This document shows, in pieces, positions 1 to 11,675 of a stretch of DNA of 64,000 nucleotides (positions are counted from its first letter, which is position 1; each line of letters opens with the position of its first letter). The notes beneath the pieces were generated by a model. That model worked only from the letters and a program-made list of their open reading frames with translations. It was not told where the DNA came from and made no database searches. Position numbers and translations under genes: made by a program. This DNA is from Folioceros fuciformis (taxonomy: Eukaryota), in the NCBI GenBank assembly GCA_049999805.1, contig JBNGIO010006178.1, positions 195,055-259,054 on the forward strand, in the 5' to 3' direction.

Positions 1-624
1 AAAAAAAAAAAAAAAAAAACTTAGAGCTCTTCTCATGTATATTTTTTTATAAAGTATATATTATTATTATTGTGAAAACCTAACTATATGATAGGAAACT
101 ATTAGAAGAAGGTGAAACAAACATAAAAAAAACTATGAGAAAAAAGAGAGGCAACCATGCTCATTATATGCATAAAAAGACAAAGAAGGGTTTTCCATTT
201 TCTTCAACAAGTATACAATGGATCATTCCACTCTCCTTTTATTCCACATGCCGGCATACTCAAAATATTTTGTTCATAGATTATGAAGCATCTTTAAACT
301 TGACATCATAAAGGTTATGATTTATAATGTATAGGGATCATCCAAACCATAAGAGTAAGACGTATATGAGAGATAAAAATATTATAGAATAATTTCATGA
401 CATGATAAGAATATTTAATACATTTTGTGTTGTTATTACAATATAAGATGGCTAATCAAAGAAAATTATACAGTAAAGTTCAAAGATAAAAAGATCATTG
501 CTTGGGGAGGCTTTGGAGAGATGATACACATAAATGGAAAGTTACAATTGAGCATGAAGATACATAGTTGATCATGAATGATATATAGAGTGTAGTTTGG
601 TTTTGATCATTTTACAAGACTTTC

Positions 625-3600
625 TACATGCCACTATCACATGGCGCGTGACACCCAACCTTTACCTATCAAGCACACCCCTTCTCAACTTTGCTCCGGG
701 GTCAAGGGGGGTGAAGTGCCATATTGGTCACAAGCATAAGGACTTCGATAGGACCACTTGGGTGGCACAAGTGCGACTTGCTTCTTCCTCCGAACCAGCT
801 GCCAATCCTCTTCTAACATATATTCTGGAGCCGTCCCCGAAGGCTTGTGGCTTCGAGGGCAATTTGATCACTTGTTGGCTCTTTTCCATGCTCGTTTTCC
901 ATGTCCTCGCCTCTTCCAACGTCTCCCTAGGCGCCTACATGATGATATTCGCCTTGCTTATCGTCTTCCCTTAGATCACCTTGCTCGGGACCCGAGAGAT
1001 GAGGGTGCTAGGATTTTGTTCCTTTTCCTGCCTGGATGGTGCCTTTGGCGCTCTAGAGGTGGTCCGTCAGGTCATAGGGAGGTGGCCTCTCGACTTCGCC
1101 GTTTTCGATCCGGAGATTGGCAAGCTTTTTAGGAGGAGGATTTACTAGCAGCAAAATCTCGATTGGAGTCAGCTAAGGTTGACAAGGTATGCCATGACCC
1201 ATTTAAAGCGCGTCTCAAGCGGTGTCTCATGTTGGGCAAGGATGGTGAATATGCTCGGGCTGTTAGAGCATTGCGCCCAGAGCCGGCTGCATCTGCAACT
1301 GAGGACACCATTGCTGCACTTCGCGCCCTTTATCCAGAACCTCATGACACTATACCGCAAGATCTTCTTGACCACACGGTCGAGGAGCCTTTTTGCTTGG
1401 ATAGGGTTGTTTTTGGGCATGCACTCTCTTCTGCGCCACGACTTTCTGCAGGGGGTTTGTCTGGCATAGTTTATGACCATTTTCGAGATTATTTTTCTCC
1501 TGAGGATCCCTCAAGTGGTTTTTCGGAGCTTTATACACTAGCAGCTGCTATGGCTAGGGGTGAAGTTCCCAATCGAATCTCTCAAGTTTTGGCGACTAGT
1601 AGGCTACTTGCATTGGAAAAGCCCACCTTAGGAGTGCGCTCTATTGTTATGGGGGAGGTATTTTTGCGCCTTATCAGCCAAAGTATCACAATTCAGCTTC
1701 GGGAGTACTTCCAAGTTCCTCTTGCACCCCACCAATTTGGGATTGCTACCCCAGGTGGGTGTGAATCTGCCGCTCTCGACATCCAGGCGGCCCTTGAGTT
1801 ACATCCTCACTAGGTAGCTTTGTAGGTTAATATTGAGAATGCTTTCAACACCGTCTATAGGGTCGCCATCTTCTCGGAGCTGAAGAGTGCAAGAGGTCAA
1901 TTGGCAAGTCTTATCCCTTTTGTTCGCTCCTTCTATGGCTCGCCATCCAAGCTCTACTACCAACAGGGCCCGACTATTGAGGGCGTCTCAGTTTTTTATT
2001 TAGCAACAGGTACAAGGCAAGGGGATCCGCTGGGGGGTGCTCTTTTTGCAATGGCACATTTTTGTGTATTGTCCTCTACTGCCTTAGCATTTCGGGAATG
2101 CCTTTTCCCTTCCGTGGCTGATGACACTCATATTCTTAGGCAAGGAGTCACAGTCAAAGCAGCATTTGACTTCTTCTCATCAAAGCTCTCCAAGGTGGGA
2201 TTGCAGGTCAAGCTATCTAAATGCAGGGTTTGGTCCCCTTCAAGCATCACTCCCCCCCCCCCTTCAATATTTGGGGGGGGGGATACTACCCCCTCGCAGA
2301 GACTTCGAGTCTTGGGTGTGCTTGTGGGACCTCCTGATTTTGTTCATAGGTTTGTGGATGAAGCATTGGATGAAGATTTGGCTCATATCATGGACCTCTC
2401 ACAAATCGGTGATCCTCATATTGCATTTGGTATCCTTTCTTCTTGTTTAGCACGACGACCAGGTTACCTCACTAGAACTGTTAGGCCTTCTCCATTTTTC
2501 TTATCAAGTCTCAGGAAGTTTGACAATCAAGTTATGCAGGCTCTTGGGAACATCATAGGTCCGGGCACCTTCGAGTGTGCTATCGGTGATTTGGCTCGGA
2601 AGCAGGCTTCTTTGCCAGTCACCTTTGGAGGGGTTGGTCTTTTAGCCATGGACGCCTCTGCCTCAGCTGCCTTTCTCAGCAGCTGGGCCCTCTCAGCTTC
2701 AATTTTGGCCTCTCGCTTTTTGCTACAAGATTCCCCTATTCTTGAAAGTTTTATTTCAGGTGTTGAGGAGGGCGTTTTCCCTTTACAGGTGTCTCTTAGG
2801 CAAGCGAGGGATTCTCTACCTTTGGAGGCTCGTGAGGCTCTACCTCCTTTCACCTCCTTTTCTAGGGAAGGGTTGAAGGGTCTCCAAGCCTCCCTCCTAG
2901 AAAAGCAATATGGCCAAGCACTAAGAGCCCTTCTTTCAGACTCATCCATCTCTAGGTCTTCTCGAGCTCGTATTCGATCTTTTTCAGGTAAAGGAGCGGG
3001 CTCTTGGCTTTTAGCTCGACCTTGCATCCAGGCGTATTGAATCGCACCAGCAACTTTTGCCACCGCGATGAGATTTCGCTTAGGTTTGGCCCACCCCTTG
3101 GCTTTTTCTCTCTCTACATGCAATTGTGGGGTTGCCATTGTCGATACAGGGTCCTATTTGGCACGTTGTCCCGTTGGGGGGCACCGCATTGCCACTCATG
3201 ATGCAGTTTGAGATGTCATGTTCTCAATGACTAGAGAGTGTGGATTTCTTCCGTATAGGGAGCGTCCATATACTTTGCGCAATGGGGTTTCACTTAGAGC
3301 CGACCTTTTCTTCACTAGGGGAAAACAGGTTTGTGTTGCTGATGTAGTTGTTACAAATCTCACTAGGGATTCGATTTGTAAGCACGTAATCATCAACCCC
3401 CCTACTTGGGCGGCAGAGGGTTGTGCAAGTGCCAAAATCCATAAGTATTCTCCCTTGCAAGACGAGCATACTTTCATCCCCCTTGCTCTTGAGACTCATG
3501 GAGCTATGGGCAAGGACTTTTCAAGGTTTATCAAGGTGTGCGCCAAGGTTTATCAGAGCAATAGGAATGGTGTTCTCCCTCTTTCCTTTGTGGTGGCCTT

Positions 3601-3870
3601 CTTTCGACAACGTGTATCTATTGCTTTGCAACGAGCATTGGCCAATGCAGTTTTTAGAACAGCAACAAGCGCAGGTCAAGCGGCTTCTTCGGCACCGTGG
3701 TAGGTAGGTCATTTGTTATTCCACATCATGACATTTTGGGAGCAATAGGTAGTTTTTGAAAATGATATTCATAGTAGAGAGTACCTCTTTTTGCCTTTGG
3801 CCCTAATGGCGTTGTTCCTCCAATCTCTGGAGTAGATGGCACTTTCCATCTCTTTTTCAATTATAGAAAA
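625..3870 (+). mobile_element. CRE-clade (RLE-type) non-LTR retrotransposon, near full length, inactivated
   Basis: ORF-track pieces 758, 1163, 1901 and 3218 are all in one frame, broken only by stop codons (1130, 1811, 1823, 3038, 3209). RT motifs: RLLALEKP..GVRSIVMGEVFLRL, PHQFGI, NIENAFNTV, TRQGDPLG, SVADDTHI, GLQVKLSKC, LGVLVG. Then a CxC..(H/Y)xxxC knuckle (CNCG...SYLARC) and an RLE endonuclease (RADL..DVVVTN..K.HKY..FIPLALETHG). The 3' UTR ends in an A-rich tract near 3870. The 5' boundary is approximate. Confidence 0.88.
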
Positions 3871-4157
3871 TACACACGTTGTTATGTTTGTTTACAATAG
3901 TGATGAAGTATTATAGATTGCAAACAAATATTGAAAAAGAAGTATGAGATAGATAGTTGAAAAAGAAGTATGAGATAGATGGTTCGATTAACAATATAGA
4001 TTTGAAGCAATCCTTATGACAAAGGGATATTCACATATTGAAGATGTTGATTACTATACAATATTCTCTCTAGTAATAAACCTCACATTCATAAGATTAC
4101 ATTCATAAGATTGATTGATAAGTTATATTCTTTGGCGAGTAAGGAATTTTTTACATT

Positions 4158-5165
4158 TGGAGGTCCATGAGGCTCTACCTTCTTTTCTAGGCAAGGGTTG
4201 AGGGGTCTCCTAGCTTCCCTCTTAGAAGCAATATGCCCAAGCACTAAGAGTCCTTCTTTTGGACTCATCCATCCCTAGGCCTTCTCAGGCTTGTATTCAC
4301 TCTTGTTCACGTAAAGGAGCGGGCCCTAGATTTTTAACTCGACCTTGCATCCAAGCGTTTTGAATCGCATTAGCAACTTTTGCCACCGCGATAAGATTTC
4401 ACTTAGGTTTGGCCCGACCCTTGGCTTTTTCTCTCTCTACATGCAGTTGTGGGGTTTCACTTAGGTTTGGCCGGACCCGTAGCTTTTGCTCTCGCTACGT
4501 ACAATTGTGAGGTTGCCATTGTCAATACAGGGTCCCATTTGGCATGTTGTCTTGTTGGGGGGCACCGCATTGCCACCCATGATGTAGTTCAAGATGTCAT
4601 GTTCTCCATTGCTAGAGAGTGTGGCTTTCTTCTATATAGGAGCGTCCATATACTTTGCACAATAGGGGCTCACTTAAAGCCAACCTTTTTTTCATTAGGG
4701 AGGAACATGTTTGTGTCGTTGATGTGGTTGTTATGGATCGCACTAGGGATTCAGTCAGCAAGCATATCATCATCAACCCCCCTAGTTAGGTGGCGGAGGT
4801 TTGTGCAAGCGCCACAGTCTAGAAGTATTTTCCTCCATAAGTATTTTCCTCTACAACTTTCACTGACATACTTTCATCCCACTTGCTTGTTGTGGCCTTC
4901 TTTCAACAACGCATATTCATTGCTTTGCTAAGAGAATTGGCCAATGCGATTTTCAGGACAGCAATAAGCGCAGGTCAAGCGTCGTCTTGGCATCGGTAAT
5001 AAGTAGACCTCTTGTTATTCCACATCATGACATATTGGGAACATAGGTAGTTTTTGAGAATGATATTGGAAGGAGCTAGTCCCTTTTAGCCTTTGGCCCT
5101 ACTAGGATTGTTCCTCCAATCTTTGGAGTAGATGAGATTTTTCATCTCTTTTTTAATAATAAAAA
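4158..5165 (+). mobile_element. 5'-truncated, degenerate second copy of the same CRE-like element
   Basis: Aligns by eye to ~2825-3870 (e.g. GAGGCTCTACCT, GGGCACCGCATTGCCAC, GTTATTCCACATCATGACAT, GGAGTAGATG..TTTCATCTCTTTTT). Contains frameshifts and a short internal duplication (TTCACTTAGGTTTGGCC at ~4398 and ~4456). Confidence 0.88.
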
Positions 5166-8100
5166 ATATAATATAATTATTACATTCTTTGTATACATTT
5201 ATACACTAGTGGATCGGTTCAAAACCTTTTGAACGTGAGAAGAGAAATAAAGATAAACAAACCTTAGAGTGGAATGATTAATCATTTATTTAGTTGTTAT
5301 GGTGGTATTCAAAGTCATTAGTATCATCATATTACTTCTACACTTATAAAAGGAAAATTTATGTAAGAATAAAAAGAAAAATCACTCTTAGGGTTTAGGA
5401 TTTAAGGTTTAGAGAGTGTCAAAACTAGACAGAATTTACATTATATATCTATTATATATATAAAAAAATCAAAATAATAGGGTAATCCTAGAATTGGGAT
5501 AAGGATCATCCTATCTGGTACTGTCAATTTTAAAGGTCACATGCATTGAAGGTGGAATTTGCCCCGCAATTTTTGGTGCCTCGTTGTGTTTTTGGTGTTT
5601 GCCAACATGTAGGAGACCCGAGCCCTTAGGGGTCGTAACTTCGGGATTATAATAAGGGCCAGCAAGTTTTGAGTAAATTTTTAACATCAAAACAACAAGT
5701 CCTTGAACACCGACCTACTTCACCATGCCAAAGTACAACTGTCGAGGATGCTTGTCCACGCTTCCCAACCGGCAAGCCTTTTTACAAGCTCGAAGCCTTC
5801 TTTTCTCAGGCTTTTCCTCTGCGCAGCACAAGCTCGTGGTGTGATGTACAGTTGCATATGATCTGTGTGAGAGGACTGTCGGACAGGTCGGGCTTCTTGA
5901 GAGGCTTTGTAGGGTGCGAATCTGTTGTCCTTCTTTTCCCGGACAGAGTGGTTTGAGGGAATTTCTTCAGCTTCCACCTGTATACTTTGGGTTAGAGTTT
6001 TGGGTACGTGAATGTTCTGAGGTGTTCGCCATGACGTCTATGTTGTTCAGGCAGGGCATTTCAGGCCGCTCTGTGTCGGCGGAGTTGAGTAGACCAAGCA
6101 CGCTCAGTTTTCCACCCCGAAGTCAAAGAGTCGTGTGAACCGGCATCCGTGGTGACCTTGGAATTGGACAGGCCGTGAACAGGTCTTTTGTCCCCGTTCA
6201 CAAGGTTACAGGGCAGAACCTATTTTCAGTGAAGCTTGTTCCTTACCTACCTCTCAATATGCTCTACACTCTATACTATGCTACAAGGCAACAAACAGAA
6301 CTCAGCTGGGTAGCACTCCTGTTCATCATGCACTCTACTGTTGCACGGGTCAATCATAGCCGCTACCAGGCTTGAGAGGTACTGATGACATCAGTGGCGA
6401 AATAGAGACCCCGCACCTCATGGATCCACCACAAAACTTTGAGAAGAATGAGGTCAAGTTTGTCTTATCCACTTTCCGGCAACAGCTGTATTGAGAGCAA
6501 TCAAAATCAGCCCTCAAAGCCTTCTGTACAACATTTTCTCCTCTCCCTAGGAGTAGTATGACCCAAATCCGGAGCAGTGCCGTTGGTAATCTGACCCCGT
6601 CTTGCATTACTTTCAGCGGTCCGTCAATTTGTAGCTAAGCAGCTTACTTTCTGGTCGGATGATAGCTTACTTGCACGTTATGATCCCCCACTTAATCTTC
6701 CAAGGAAAGCGTCATTGCCCTCGTCTTTGTTATTCACCACTGAACCTTGGAACCCACATCTGCGAGCAGCTTGGACAGCTCCATCTACAACATAGGACCT
6801 CCTGCAACCAGCAAAGGGCCTCCTGCAACTTTCGGGCCACATTCACTGGCTTGTGGAAAACACCACTCACACTGATTGCACAGAACCAGAATGGCAGCCG
6901 TACCCGACACAGAAAGCTCGTGAGATACGACCAAACACTTCACGACTGGGAAAACCGCTTGCGCGGAGGGGACGAATTGCCCGTGGTCAGACACGGAGCC
7001 TTAGATTTGCCCAAATGAATCACAAACGAGGGCATCAAATTTGCCAAATAAACTAGACACGAGATCAACGTGAGAAGAAGCAATCCCGGGGCACGCTTGC
7101 TCCGTGCTTCATGGCGCCCACAGTCGAACCTCCTTGCAGTCTTGTGCAAGCCGTTAGAAGATTGCCTGTCGCTCGCACTCAGTGCTAACCTACAACGCAC
7201 ATACTGCCTGGCGAATTGCCTGTACATTGTGCCAACCGTAAGCAGAACAGAGAAGTGAACCAACCCTGCCTTCTTACATTCCGCAGAGATTCAAATAAGA
7301 AACAGCGCCTGCTACTGCTTCACCCCACCCGGATGCAATAGTTTATGTGACACGCCCAATTCGACTCCAGCTGTCGTCAGTGCACGACGGAGTTCAATTG
7401 AGCAGGTAACAAAGGAACCCCCATTGCCGTCGGTGCTCCAAGCAGGCGCCATGAGGAGAACAGGAAGCTCAATCAAGACTGCTTGCCACGCACGGAACCA
7501 AGGAGAAGGAGGCCCAGCGCCGCTGAAATTAAGCCAGTGACGCGACTGGAAAGCGCCTCTCCTGTAGCTGGATGGCCCCTCCACGACGTGATCAGCCCAC
7601 ACGTTCGAACAGTCCCGACTGCGCTCGCCCGGCATGACGTATTTCTAGCCCACCGAAGGGCGAATAGCCCATACTTTTCGACTGCTTCTGAGAATCGACT
7701 AGAAAATCGAACAGTGTCTGATACAGCTGACAATTCAGTTGAGCTAACCAAGCTGTCAATTCAGTGTGGACAGGGGTTCCACAACAATTGCGTAACGGAT
7801 GTTTGACAGCGACACTGCAAAGGTTCAAGTAACAGTCGTTTGTGGTGGCTCTACAACAATTTCGTGCTCCTGATATAAACCATATATATCCCCATATCTG
7901 CTTACACAACATATGCTCATCAGAAAATGTCGCGAGTCTCGACAGGAGATGGTGTGCTGACAAAAAAGATCTACCTACACTTCGCCTGCTAAAAAAATTT
8001 ACCCTTCGCCTGAATCGGGCAATCTGAAGCCCCGAACTGGGAGCATCCTTGGTGCATCACGCTATCAACAGTCCACCTACCAGGAGATTCTGAAGCTTGG

Positions 8101-8381
8101 CTACCAACTATCAGTTCCACCTACAAGAGTCTCAGAAAAAGGAAATGGAAACACAGAGCATCTTCTTGCTAAACACCTTCCAATCCACCTGCTCGATAAC
8201 GGAAGACTGTTGCGAAGCTCCAAATGCCGAACCCTTGAGTCTTAAAGCTTGAACCCATCAAAACAGAAAGTGTCACCAGAACTAACCTGTCTCACCCAAT
8301 TCGAATCCATCCAGTTATAACCCCAGTATCTTGCATACAACCCACAGCTCCATAGAGGACATGTATCAAGTTTCTTGCCAT

Positions 8382-9496
8382 CTACCAATCCTTGCGAATC
8401 TGAAACGTGTAGTCTACATCCAAATGGCATCTCCCATCGTCGTCGACAAACTGAAAAACCGAAGCAAAGGCCCAACATGAGAACTACTTACAACTGAGAC
8501 CTACATTTGAAGACCATACACCTTGGCATGAGGGCACACCTTCGTTTTGGCAGTATATGCACCACGCGCAAGCACACCGGATGGCGTGGTTTCCTCGTCC
8601 ATAATCTGCACATAAGCTTCTTGCTGCGGGGCGAACGTTCCAAGCATGACCTTCGTCTCATCCACTGCACAGCATCATCAGTCATATTATCCAAAAAGTG
8701 GGAAACGAATGTTGACAGATCGGCTACAAATTCGAGGAGTGCCAGTGAAGTGTCAGTCGAGAAAGCAGTAGGGCGCACACCTTTAATAGAGTTCTTCCAC
8801 ACAGTGTTGATGTACCTCAGGCCAGAAACGAGGTTGTGTCTGACCAGAAATCTGAACTTGAGACTGTAATTGCTACCCTCCTTCAGCGTGAACGTGAAGC
8901 CGCGATTCTCGAGCGGGAGAGGGATAGAGATCTCAGAGCGGCCTCTAGAGATGATGCCCAAAGTCAGCACTTGAACTTCAGGCTCCAGGTGCTCTGCAAG
9001 CCAGAGACATCCGTCACCTCATGTTTCGTGATCACGGCATTTGAGAACAGACTGAGAGATGCAAGCCAAAATGCACACGACAGAAATACCCGCATCCAGC
9101 TCAACAGAGCCGAGGAGTTGCTCCTTCCACCGCCGAAGACTTTCATCCTCCTGCATTCAACGCAGCCGTTAGCTGCGGACTGTCAGTCGAGGCGGCGAGT
9201 CAGCAATGCAGGGCCCGGGCGAGAAAATTGAAAAATACCTTGTCCAACTCAATCTGCTCCTTCAGGGGAATTAAAGCCCCAGGAACGAAGTCTTCAGCAA
9301 GCTTCGAATCTTCCTCCTCGGAGTCGTAGTAGGAAGTGGTGCTGAGCTGCCGAGTGAGCCCCTCCGGATGAGAAACGGCCAGAAGCGCGTCTCCAGATGG
9401 ACCGGCTGACTGATCAGGCCCAGGCAACACCCCGTTCATTTTATTGTCTCGTGAGACACCAGCGAGTCTGGCCAATGCTGCCACCAGAATGGACAT
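8382..9496 (-). CDS. RopGDI: Rho (ROP) GDP-dissociation inhibitor, 5 coding exons
   Basis: Spliced translation gives PLKEQIELDK|EDESLRRWKEQLLG, FTLKEGSNYSLKFRFLVRHNLVSGLRYINTVWK, MLGTFAPQ..EETTPSGVLARGAY, FVDDDGRCHLDVDYTFQIRKDW*. The start may be 9496 or 9439. Confidence 0.93.
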
Positions 9497-10190
9497 AATT
9501 GTAGAGAGTCATGCACCGACCGGGAGCAGGGGCGGCTCAACAAAACAAAAAAGTGACGGGTCTGCTCAATTAAGCCCAGCCTAGCCCTGGCAATGTGCCT
9601 GAGGCGCTGGATCACAAGCGTTCCAGCCTGGGGCAGCTGAAAGACAGCCGCATTGACCGTCAGGCAGCTGGGAGCATGATTTACAACATGCACTTCACAC
9701 TCCAGGCTACAGTCAAGCTAACGCGAGGCAGCGAGTAGGCGCCAAAACACCTCTTCGAACTCGGCAAAGACACGCACACTCACCAGGCAAGCAGGTGCCT
9801 AAATAAAAAGGCAGGCCGAGAAGAGAAGGAAAGAGCTGAGCTTACTTACCGTGCAGAGAGGCAGGAGGAAATGGCAACGGAAGAGCTTACTTGCCCTGCC
9901 CTGCTTGTCGCCCTGTTTGCCCGCCAGATCTGTCTGCACGGCCTTGATCTACCCCTACGCGGGAGGTTCAAACCCAGCTCCGCCAAGATGACGAAATATG
10001 GCTGAGATCTCTGCCCACCTACTTTACCAGCGCCGTCCTTAGTAATAAAGTTTTCTCGTTGTCCCAGAAGGAGAGAGAACGTGTCTCCAGAGACCCACAT
10101 TCCACTACGGTTAAATCTTTCCCGGTAAGGGGGAAGATAGGGTTTGTTTGAGGCACCAACGGTTTACCTTACCCCGCCAATGGTATTGCG

Positions 10191-11428
10191 ATGGTGCTCA
10201 CAGCATGTGTCTCCTCTACTATGCCCGTAAGTGCCTACTCACTGAACTTCCGTGTTGTGCAAACGCGGCCTCCTGTGTGACCTGGTTTGATGACTTGACG
10301 ATGCCTTTGGCAGGTGAGGTGGACCACAAACTGCAAATTGCGCACCTGGAGTAACTCCACACTGGTTGTGAACAATCTGAATCATTGTAACTATGGACCC
10401 GGTCTCAGGAGACCAGCTGGGGCCAGATCTCGCTGGCCCCCTCTTGTGCCTCCCCCTCTTACTTACAGCTCCAACATCTCGGATGTCGATCCAGTAGAGG
10501 TGGTGGAAAATTGCACTTACATGGAAATAGGGTACTGCAAATGTGTTCCTCGGCTCATACCCTTGTCGTTCTTTTGCTTGCAGCTAAGCGAGCTCTGGGC
10601 CATTACTCTGAAAGTTGTCAGGGATCCGAAGAAAATCATGAAAGCACTTCGGCACACATATGCTGTGGGTGTACATTTCACCTCAGGATGCTATTGGGGT
10701 AGCTGGATTGGGTTGCCTACCTTGATGTGTGCAGTTCGTTGTTGTGCTAGCAGAAGATGAAGATTCTGCATTTGCCTCCGGCACTCGTAGGAGGGTGATC
10801 GGTAAGTCCGCCAACCGTTTGAGTTCTAGATGCGTGGTGACTCGTCATGTTTGTGACAAGCCATGCCTTTGCAGGTATCGGAAGAGCAGTTTCGGATGGG
10901 GCATTCATCGTACGTCATGCCTAACCTCTGTCGCTTGTATGAATTGCCTAACATGTGGTTCACTCTAGTGGTCGTCCTGGATATTCTGGCTGTAGCACCT
11001 TACTTAACAATCCTGCCACCACCAGGCAACAATATGCGATGTGGCCGTGCATCCAGATTATCAGCATCGAGGGATCGGCAGAAGGATTGTGAAGCAGCTA
11101 GTCCAGGTTGATATCAGACCTCCTCCGGAAGGCCACGGCCTCCGCCCTGACAGTCTCAACAACTATCATCCTTGTGGTGTTCAGGACATGAAGAGTAAAG
11201 GTGGACCCTCCGGATTTGCTGTATTTCCGCCTCCCAGCGCTAGACGGTTTTTCTGGATGATAGGATTTCGGTAAGTCAGCTCAAGCTGAACGACGGAAGA
11301 GCTTGCTCTTTAGTTCCCGCGGTCTTCGTTTGAATAAGCCGCTTTGACCTTGCAGGGCGGAGAAGAAATATCGGATCATGGCCTACAGGGAAAAGTCTGA
11401 CGGAGATTTTCTAGACGAGATGGAATGA
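10191..11428 (+). CDS. GNAT-family N-acetyltransferase, probably organelle-targeted, 8 exons
   Basis: GT-AG spliced frame gives VIGIGRAVSDGAFIATICDVAVHPDYQHRGIGRRIVKQLV (acetyl-CoA-binding QxxGxG motif) and FFWMIGF. Stop TGA at 11426-11428. Confidence 0.85.
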
Positions 11429-11675
11429 TTGTTCACAGAAAAACAAATCATGCAATTCTCTAAATTGTACAATTTTTTGGATTTGGGTAGACTACACTTG
11501 AAACGGCGGAACAGAGACTGTGACTCACTCCCAGTAAACGTTCCCCGGGAATTATTTAGATGACCCGAAGTGCGACGCAAGTCCTGAGACAACTCCATAG
11601 TCGAAAATGAACGACCCCACTCCCAACTTGAAAGTAGCAGGGCCCAATCTCTACTTGAAGGCGCAGAACCCCACC

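Noticed and set aside
1..19. Poly(A) run at the window start
   Set aside because: Could be a retroelement tail, but the upstream context is outside the window.
1130..3211. In-frame TAG/TGA stops in the retroelement that U-to-C RNA editing could in principle repair
   Set aside because: Reverse editing is known from organelles, not nuclear TEs. G>A lesions are also present, and methyl-C deamination explains both.
5669..8000. Possible multi-exon gene or pseudogene on the minus strand (splice-like sites; peptides such as ALRADFDCSQYSCC and AIRQAVCAL*VSTECERQAIF*RLAQDCKE)
   Set aside because: I could not build a consistent spliced ORF or recognise a family. It may be a decayed gene; BLASTX is needed.
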